Shown: positions 16,328 to 24,596 of the stretch, one piece after another
Layout of the letters: every line of letters begins with the position of its first letter
Numbering within the stretch: the stretch's first letter is position 1
Assembly: GCA_944385815.1 (NCBI GenBank)
Contig: CALWYQ010000066.1
Coordinates: 1-26,690, forward strand
Direction of reading: 5' to 3'
From: an uncultured Oscillospiraceae bacterium
GTDB taxonomy: Bacteria; Bacillota; Clostridia; Oscillospirales; Oscillospiraceae
DNA length: 26,690 bases
Program-made: the position numbers and the translations under genes
The notes under the pieces: model-generated
Told to the model about the DNA's origin: nothing
Database searches by the model: none
Seen by the model: the letters and a program-made list of their open reading frames with translations, nothing else

Positions 16328-16846
16328 ATGATTCGTTTGGCCTCGGCCGCAGACATTGACGCCATCTGCGCCCTCTATGGCGAGATATTCGCGCACGAGC
16401 GGGAGACGGAGTGCTTCACGCAATGGGTCGAGGGGCTCTACCCCACGCGCGAGACCGCCGAAAGGGGCGTTTCCGCCGGGACCATGTACGTATTGGAGGA
16501 GGGCGGGCGCGCCGCCGCGAGCATGATCCTGAACTCCTTCCAGCCGGAGGAGTATTACGAGATACCCTGGCTCTACCCGGCCGGGGACAGCGAGGTGCTG
16601 GTGATACACACGCTCTGCGTCTCTCCCGCGGCGTCCGGGCGCGGCCTCGGCACGCGCATGGCCGACTTTGCCGCCGGCTTTGCCCACGGGCGCGGCATGG
16701 GCGTAATACGCCTCGACACAAACGTAAAGAACACCCCGGCGCAGCGCCTTTACCTCAAAAACGGCTGGCGCCTCGCCGGCAGGCACCACAGCCTGCACGA
16801 GGGTGTGCTCGACACAGAGCTTGTCTACCTCGAGAGACGTCTCTGA
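16328..16846 (+). CDS. GNAT-family N-acetyltransferase.
   Basis: 172 aa from the ATG at 16328 (MIRLASAADIDAICALY...). Acetyl-CoA motif A LCVSPAASGRGLGTRM. C-terminal AQRLYLKNGWRLAG. AAGGA lies 9 nt upstream. Confidence 0.88.
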   Translation: MIRLASAADIDAICALYGEIFAHERETECFTQWVEGLYPTRETAERGVSAGTMYVLEEGGRAAASMILNSFQPEEYYEIPWLYPAGDSEVLVIHTLCVSPAASGRGLGTRMADFAAGFAHGRGMGVIRLDTNVKNTPAQRLYLKNGWRLAGRHHSLHEGVLDTELVYLERRL

Positions 16847-16853
16847 GGCCAAA

Positions 16854-16900
16854 AACCGCCCGGGGCTGTCTGTCAGCGCGGCCCCGGGCGGTTGCTTTTA
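16854..16900 (+). terminator. Intrinsic terminator after the GNAT gene.
   Basis: 13-bp stem AACCGCCCGGGGC (16854-66) / GCCCCGGGCGGTT (16881-93), 14-nt loop, then GCTTTTA. Confidence 0.75.
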
Positions 16901-16962
16901 ATGAGCGGAGGCAACCTGGTCTCCCATTTGGCCTCCCAATTAACAAGTCTATCACAGTACGG

Positions 16963-17006
16963 CCCGGCGCGCAAGGGGTAATCCGCGTCCGGGTTAAATT
17001 TTTGTT
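16963..17006 (+). terminator. Second terminator-like hairpin upstream of the orphan RNA promoter.
   Basis: CCCGG-CGCG (16963-71) pairs with CGCG-t-CCGGG (16984-93), with one bulge and a 12-nt loop. It is followed by TTAAATTTTTGTT. Confidence 0.5.
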
Positions 17007-17042
17007 AAGTCCGACAAAACTGTGAAACAAGTACATTCTGCC

Positions 17043-17071
17043 TTGACAATTGCGGCGCGTAGTGGTATATT
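17043..17071 (+). promoter_or_regulatory. Near-consensus SigA promoter with extended -10, not followed by any protein gene.
   Basis: TTGACA (17043-48), 17-nt spacer, TGg extension (17063-65), TATATT (17066-71). The upstream flank is AT-rich. The predicted TSS is near 17078. Confidence 0.75.
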
Positions 17072-17077
17072 ATGACC

Positions 17078-17686
17078 AGAAGGTAAGAGCAAAGGCGAAA
17101 GCAAAGAGCCAACAAGGCGGGAATGCGAGGGATAGAGCAAATACCCGGCAAACCCATTATCCCGAGCAAAAGCCCTGAGCCCGTATCCGGGAGGCAAAGC
17201 GCCGGCTTTATAAGGCAAAGCTTTAAAGGTTTTATATTTATAATATAAAACCAGAAAAGCAAAGCCAAAGCCTCATCCCATAAAAAGCCTCATAACCGGA
17301 TAAGGAAGCAAGCCTGAACCGGAAGCCAAAAGCAGTCATTCTAAAAGCGAAGGCGAATTAGAAAGACGCAACAAATGCTTAAAGCAGAAAGTTGAAACAG
17401 GTTTTGGCTTTCAGAGCTCAAAGCAAAAGCTGAACGCCTTACTAAATCGGACGACCATACAGAGCTGCGAACGAACAAAAGTTACCGCTGATGCATAATT
17501 TGGCCTTAGTAAAGGAAAAAGAGAAGAATAACAGAGCAGAATAAGACGGGGCTTATGAATTCGTAAAACGCGCTGTGCATGGAAGGACCGAAATCCGCAG
17601 AAAGAGAGGTTAAAATGATGTTAGATATCAAGAATCACCGCATCTGACCCCTGTTTGAGTTGAGACAGGGGTCAGGTGTTTTTTAT
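17078..17686 (+). ncRNA. Candidate noncoding RNA of about 600 nt, unclassified. It is A-rich and T-poor with a 5' domain of AAAGC repeats.
   Basis: It is bounded by the promoter at 17043-17071 and the terminator at 17644-17686. The track shows no + strand ORF of 60 aa or more here, and my reading finds only tiny ORFs. The composition shifts sharply from the GC-rich background: in 17281-17340 I count 25 A, 13 G, 14 C and 8 T. There are 13 exact AAAGC copies between 17098 and 17430. The ends are estimates. Confidence 0.55.
17644..17686 (+). terminator. Intrinsic terminator of the orphan RNA unit.
   Basis: 11-bp stem CTGACCCCTGT (17644-54) / ACAGGGGTCAG (17665-75), 10-nt loop, then GTGTTTTTTAT. 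Confidence 0.85.
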
Positions 17687-17694
17687 GCGCGTTT

Positions 17695-17722
17695 CCGCCC
17701 GGAGCCGGGCGGTTATTTTTTT
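17695..17722 (+). terminator. Second, tandem + strand terminator.
   Basis: CCGCCCG (17695-701) / CGGGCGG (17706-12) with a 4-nt loop, followed by TTATTTTTTT (17713-22). On the minus strand the stem is followed by AAACGCGC, so it is oriented for + strand transcripts. Confidence 0.7.
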
Positions 17723-17731
17723 GCCCGGGCC

Positions 17732-18850
17732 TCAGCGCTTGCGCCTGAAGCGGCCGATCACCGGCAGCTCGCGGCGCGCGCTTTCAACATAGGACCTGGC
17801 GAGGAGCTGCATGCCCTCGGTAAACACGGCGCGCTCGGCCTCGTCGCCGAGCAGGTCCCGCGCGGCTGTGAGGGCGCTGCGGACGCGGCGCTCGTTGAGA
17901 TCGGTGAGCGTGCGCGCGCCGGTGCTCTCAAGCGCGTCAAAAACGGCGTTTATAAGCTTCTGCCGCTGCTGGAGGTCAAGCCTCTCCGCCCAGCCCCGGA
18001 TAGCCTCGGCATAGACGCGGCTGCGCAGGGCGAAGGCGTGGCGGCGGACGAAGCGCCGGCCGAGCACCTGCCAGGTGAAGCCGTTGTGCGCCGCCGTGCC
18101 GGTCTCGCAGCTCTCAACTATCTCATAGGGCGAGTCCACGTTCAGCAGCACGCCGACCATCGAGTGCTGCGGCACCAGCATGCGTATCCTGTCCTTTATG
18201 CGGATAAAGCCGGGCTCGCCGGCCACGGAGCGCTTGAAGCCCGGGCCGTCGAAGTTATAGACCTCGGATATCCGCGCCTGAAGCTCCTCAGGTACGTTCA
18301 TCGCGGCAAAAACGGCGAGGTTCCCGCCCTTGGAGTGCCCGCCGACGCGCAGCTGCCCGTCAAATTCCCAGCCGGCGCGGAAGAGGTAGGCCGCGGCGTC
18401 CAGCTGCGCGGGGACGGCGTCGAGGGCGCTCATGTTGAAGTCCTCGCGCCAGGCGGCGAGGGTGTCGTCCGTGCCGCGGAAGGCTATGTAGCGCGTGCCG
18501 TCCGGCAGCTGCGCCGTCAGGGCGCAGAACTGCTCGGCCGCGTCGTCGTCCACGCGGTTGACGTAGCCGCTTATCCTGAGCCCGGCGAAGCGGCGGGAGG
18601 CAAGGAGCTTTTTGGCCATCGTCACAGTGCCGGCCGGCAGCAGGACGCCGAGCCGCCTGTCCTCCTCGCCGTAGTGCTTGAAATATTCGCCCAGCGCGTC
18701 CGCAAAGCCCATCTCGCCCCCGGGCGGGATGATGCCCGTGAAGTCGAGGCTGGTCAGCTTGCAGATGATAAGGCCGTCCACCTCGTTGAAGCCGTCGAGG
18801 GAGAGCGGGACGTCGCCGCGCCAGTCGAGGTAGTCTATCGCGTTCGCCAT
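17732..18850 (-). CDS. DUF2974 / Mbeg1-like alpha/beta-hydrolase-fold protein.
   Basis: 372 aa. The N-terminus MANAIDYLDWRGDVPLSLDGFNEVDGLIICKLT is typical of this family as I remember it. The nucleophile elbow is GHSKGGNLA (GxSxG). The start overlaps the upstream stop as TAATG. Confidence 0.75.
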   Translation of the reverse strand: MANAIDYLDWRGDVPLSLDGFNEVDGLIICKLTSLDFTGIIPPGGEMGFADALGEYFKHYGEEDRRLGVLLPAGTVTMAKKLLASRRFAGLRISGYVNRVDDDAAEQFCALTAQLPDGTRYIAFRGTDDTLAAWREDFNMSALDAVPAQLDAAAYLFRAGWEFDGQLRVGGHSKGGNLAVFAAMNVPEELQARISEVYNFDGPGFKRSVAGEPGFIRIKDRIRMLVPQHSMVGVLLNVDSPYEIVESCETGTAAHNGFTWQVLGRRFVRRHAFALRSRVYAEAIRGWAERLDLQQRQKLINAVFDALESTGARTLTDLNERRVRSALTAARDLLGDEAERAVFTEGMQLLARSYVESARRELPVIGRFRRKR

Positions 18851-19464
18851 TACAGGCGCGTCAGCGCGTGGCGCATGTAGGGGTTGTGCTCGCGCTCGGT
18901 GGAAAGGCGCGTCGCGAGGTCGTGGCCGGGGTAGACCTCGTAGTCGCCCTCGAGCTGGCCGAGGCGCTTGAGGCTCAAAAGCTCTGCCATCATGTCTCCG
19001 CCGGGGAAATCCGTGCGGCCGCAGGAGCCGCGGAAGAGCGTGTCGCCAGTGAAGAGCGCGTCGCCGCAGAGCAGCGTGACGCCGCCGGGCGTGTGCCCCG
19101 GGGTCTCGAGGACGCGGAACTCCAGCGCGCCTACGCGCACCGTGTCGCCCTCTGAGTAGTATACGGCGCCCTCCGGGGCCCTGAAGGGCCGGGCGCCGGG
19201 CAGGGCCTCGCCGGCCTCCTCCTTTTTGTTGAGGTAGAGCGGCGCGCCGGTCTCCTCAAGCACGGCGTCAAGGGCGCCGATGTGGTCAAAATGCGCGTGC
19301 GTGAGCATGACGGCGCGGCATTTGAGGCGGTTGTCCTCAATGTAGCCGAGGATCGTGTTGGCCTCGGCGCCCGGGTCGATGACCGCGCACTCGAGCGTGC
19401 CCTCGTCGGTCACGACATAGCAGTTGGTCTCTAAATGCCCTACGGGAAGGGTTTTGATAAGCAT
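18850..19464 (-). CDS. MBL-fold metallo-hydrolase (glyoxalase II-like).
   Basis: 204 aa. HxHxDH motif LTHAHFDHIGA, later GHTPGG and a C-terminal GH. A GGAGGA SD lies 7 nt upstream of the ATG at 19464. Confidence 0.88.
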   Translation of the reverse strand: MLIKTLPVGHLETNCYVVTDEGTLECAVIDPGAEANTILGYIEDNRLKCRAVMLTHAHFDHIGALDAVLEETGAPLYLNKKEEAGEALPGARPFRAPEGAVYYSEGDTVRVGALEFRVLETPGHTPGGVTLLCGDALFTGDTLFRGSCGRTDFPGGDMMAELLSLKRLGQLEGDYEVYPGHDLATRLSTEREHNPYMRHALTRL

Positions 19465-19497
19465 TAAGGTGTCCTCCGGTATATGTTTTCGCAGCGG

Positions 19498-19937
19498 TTA
19501 CAGCTCGGCGGTGTCGATTATGATGGTAACCGGGCCGTCGTTGACGCTTTCAACGGCCATGTCCGCGCCGAATTCGCCGGTCTCGACATGGAAGCCGCGC
19601 TCGCGGCACTTGGCGGTCACGCGCTCATAGAGCGGTATGGCGGTCTCCGGGCGCGCGGCGCGGGTGAAGCCGGGCCGGCGTGACTTCACGTCGGCGTAGA
19701 GCGTGAACTGGCTCACTATAAGCAGCTCGGCCCCGGCGTCCATGGGGTTCACGTTCATCTTGCCGTTTTCGTCCTCAAAGACGCGCAGGCCGCAAATCTT
19801 GTCGGCGACCCTGTCGGCCTGGGCCACGGTATCGTCCGCGGCGACGCCGAGCAGGACAAGGAAACCCTTGCCTATGGCCCCGACGGTCCTGCCGCCAATC
19901 ACGACGGATGCGGAATTAACTCTGGTTACTACGGCTC

Positions 19938-19941
<4 letters not shown>
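19498..19941 (-). CDS. dtd: D-aminoacyl-tRNA deacylase.
   Basis: 147 aa: MRAVVTRV...GKGFLVLLGV...SQFTLYAD...NDGPVTIIIDT, which covers the SQFTL and GPVT motifs. The start codon is TTG (19941..19939) and overlaps the rel stop TGA (19940..19938). The N-terminus aligns exactly with the family's typical M(R/K)AV(V/I)QRV start. Confidence 0.93.
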
Positions 19942-22338
<2,397 letters not shown>

Positions 22339-22346
<8 letters not shown>

Positions 22347-24384
22347 GCTTCCGCCTCCTGTCCATGAACTGGTCCCGGCGGGCTCTGAGCGCCGCCATGA
22401 CCGGGCTTGCCTCGAGGTCGGCCTTGCCCTCGCGCTTTTTTGCGTATACTGAGAGCTCGCTCCCGGCGCGCTCAATTCCGGCGATGCCCGCCTCGGCCAT
22501 GGCGCGCAGGCACAGCAGCGTCCCCGCCGGGCGGAGGCCCTGCGGCCCCCAGGCGGCAAGCGAGGCTATGTCGCCCCTCACGCGCCCGCCGGCGCGCTCC
22601 AGCCAGCGCCAGACGCGGACAAAGTCCCGCCGCTCCGGCATGAGCTCCGCGCTGTCCCAGGCCGGGGGCAGCGCGCCGCCGAGTATCGCCTCGCACTCGG
22701 CGAGGGTGTCCGTCCTGCGCAGGTCCGTCATCAGAAGCTGCACGCTCCTGCGGCCGCGGAATTCATTTATCTGCGGGTAAAAGGCCGCGTCCACGCGCTC
22801 GCCCTCATGCGCGCCCAGCTCGCTCTCGCGCACGCCGAACATGACGCAATCAAACTCCGCGCCGCCCTTGGCAAGGCGCAGCTTGAGGTGGCTGCCGCCG
22901 CCTATCGGCGTAACGCGCTCCAAAAGCGCGTCAACAAGGCAGACCGTGGGCTTGGCGTTGCCGGCTCCATAGGGCTCAAGGAGCTCAAGCTCCTCCACAC
23001 AGCTCATGCTCAGCCAGTCCGGGTCGTCTATGCGCACGTCGCAGACAAGCGCCGGCTCGTCCGGCGCGGGGCGGCTGCGGTAGTATTCGCCGAGCGCGGC
23101 GCGGAATTCGTCCACGCGCGAGCGCTTTATCGTAAGGCCGGCGGCGAGGGCGTGGCCGCCGAAGCCCTCGAGCGTCCCGGCGCAGGCCGTGAGCGCGTCG
23201 TACAGGTTAAAGCCGCCATAGCTGCGGCAGGAGCCCTTGCCCATGTCCCCGTCGAGGCAGATCATAACGCAGGGCAGGCGGAACTCCTCCGCCAGCCGGC
23301 TCGCCGCTATGCCGATGACGCCCTGGTGCCAGCCCTCGCTCGCGAGGACGATTGGCCCTGCGGGGGGATGGGCGGCGAGGTATTCGTGCGCCTGCTCGTA
23401 TATGCCGTGCTCAAGCTCCTGCCTCTCGCGGTTAAGGCGGCAGAGCTCACGCGCGAGCGGCGCGGCCTCGGCCTCGTCCGCGCTCAGAAGCAGCCTTGCC
23501 GCGAGGGAGGCGCTGCCGAGCCGGCCGGCGGCGTTGAGCCGCGGCGCTATGGTGAAGCCGACGGTCGTGGCGTTTATGCGCCGGTTCAGCCCGCCGCATT
23601 CGTTCAAAAGCGCGGCCACGCCCGGCCTCGGGCTGCGCTCGAGCTGCTCAAGCCCGCGGCGGACTATGTAGCGGTTCTCGCCCGTGAGGGGCATGACGTC
23701 CGCCACCGTCCCGGCGGCGACAAGGTCGGCGTAGCGGCCCAGCAGGGCCTCGGCGTCCCCGTCCACGGCGCACAGCAGCTTGAAGGCCACGCCCACGCCG
23801 GCAAGGCCCTTGTTGGGATAATCGCAGCCGGGCCGCTTGGGGTCCACGACGGCAAGCGCCTCGGGCAGCTCGCCGCCGCACTCGTGGTGGTCGGTTATTA
23901 TGAGGTCGAGCCCCGTCTCGCGCGCGTGCCGCGCCTCGGCCGCGGCGGTTATGCCGCAGTCCACGGTTATGAGCAGCGTGGCCCCGCGGGCGCGTATGCT
24001 GTCTATCGCCGCGGAGTTGAGGCCGTAGCCCTCGCCGATGCGGTCGGGGATGTACGGCAGGCAGCGCACGCCGCGCCCGCGCAGGTAGCTCGTGACAAGG
24101 CAGGCGGAGGTTATCCCGTCCACGTCGTAGTCGCCGTAAACGGCGACGGTCTCGCCCCGCTCTATGGCGAGGCGCAGCCTGGCGGCGGCCCTGTCCATGT
24201 CCCTGAGCCCCTCCGCCGGCAGCAGCGAAGCCGGCCCCGCGTCTATAAAAGCCCTGGCCTCTGCGGCACTGTCCAGCCCGCGCCTTGCGAGGGCCGCCGC
24301 CAAAAGAGGCGAAAACCCCGCGTCGAGCAGCTCGGACGGCGGCTCATATCCCGCGCGGGGCACTATCCATTTTCCGTATCTCAT
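22339..24384 (-). CDS. recJ: Single-stranded-DNA-specific exonuclease RecJ.
   Basis: DHH motifs VYGDYDVDGITS, ITVDCG, ITDHH, and DHHA1 GGHALAAG. I set the start at the ATG at 24384 (MRYGKWIVPRAG...) because the predicted promoter/TSS (about 24417) lies downstream of the longer track start at 24477. The stop overlaps the rel start by 8 nt (ATGACTGA). Confidence 0.9.
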
Positions 24385-24423
24385 CTCAGCACCCGGTATC
24401 AACACAATATTATTTATCAGTAT

Positions 24424-24452
24424 ATTATACCCGCCGGCGTGGTCAATATCAA
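24424..24452 (-). promoter_or_regulatory. Promoter of the recJ-rel-dtd operon.
   Basis: On the minus strand: TTGATA (24452..24447), 17-nt spacer, TATAAT (24429..24424). Confidence 0.65.
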
Positions 24453-24526
24453 GTACCATTCTGCGCCGTCCCGGCACACGGGGCCCGAAATACGGCGCTT
24501 TGGCGCGGTTTTTTTGAAGAGCAAGC

Positions 24527-24553
24527 TTGACGCGCCGGGCATTTTAGTATAAG
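24527..24553 (+). promoter_or_regulatory. Candidate promoter of the type III glutamine synthetase gene.
   Basis: TTGACG (24527-32) and TATAAG (24548-53), but the spacer is only 15 nt. The GAGAGGTAGG SD sits before the ATG at 24597. Confidence 0.35.
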
Positions 24554-24596
24554 CTGTCATGGCAGAGAAGAAACTAAACTTGAGAGGTAGGTAGAC

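Noticed and set aside
17123-17248. 41-codon + strand ORF (MRGIEQIPGKPIIPSKSPEPVSGRQSAGFIRQSFKGFIFII) within the orphan RNA.
   Set aside because: It has no usable SD. It is rich in ATA/AAA codons unlike the rest of the genome, and it ends inside the AU hairpin. It is most likely fortuitous.
16994-17268. Minus-strand ORFs 16994..17218 (74 aa) and 17005..17268 (87 aa) inside the orphan RNA region.
   Set aside because: They are mutually overlapping and read across the strong + strand promoter. They have no SD, no terminator and no recognisable motif. Their hydrophobic look is a by-product of the T-rich complement of an A-rich strand.
17078-17686. Possibility that the orphan RNA is a known housekeeping or cis-regulatory RNA, a CRISPR array, or oriC.
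   Set aside because: I see no tmRNA tag ORF or acceptor-like ends, no RNase P GAGGAAAGUCC core, no T-box AGGGUGGNACCGCG motif and no SRP or 6S-like long helix. The AAAGC copies are 5 nt long and irregularly spaced, so they are not repeat-spacer units. There are no TTATCCACA DnaA boxes. I could not test OLE, ROOL or GOLLD membership from memory, so that question stays open in the findings.
22347-22559. N-terminal 71 codons of the 873-aa rel ORF in the track (MPPGGRRASARRGRCC...).
   Set aside because: This part overlaps the recJ 3' coding region, is Arg/Pro/Cys-rich and has no SD. The ATG at 22346 has a GGAGG at ideal spacing.
24385-24477. Upstream extension of recJ (track start 24477; also the ATG at 24459).
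   Set aside because: The TTGATA-17-TATAAT promoter (24452..24424) places the TSS near 24417, downstream of those start codons. The extension also runs through AT-rich promoter DNA.
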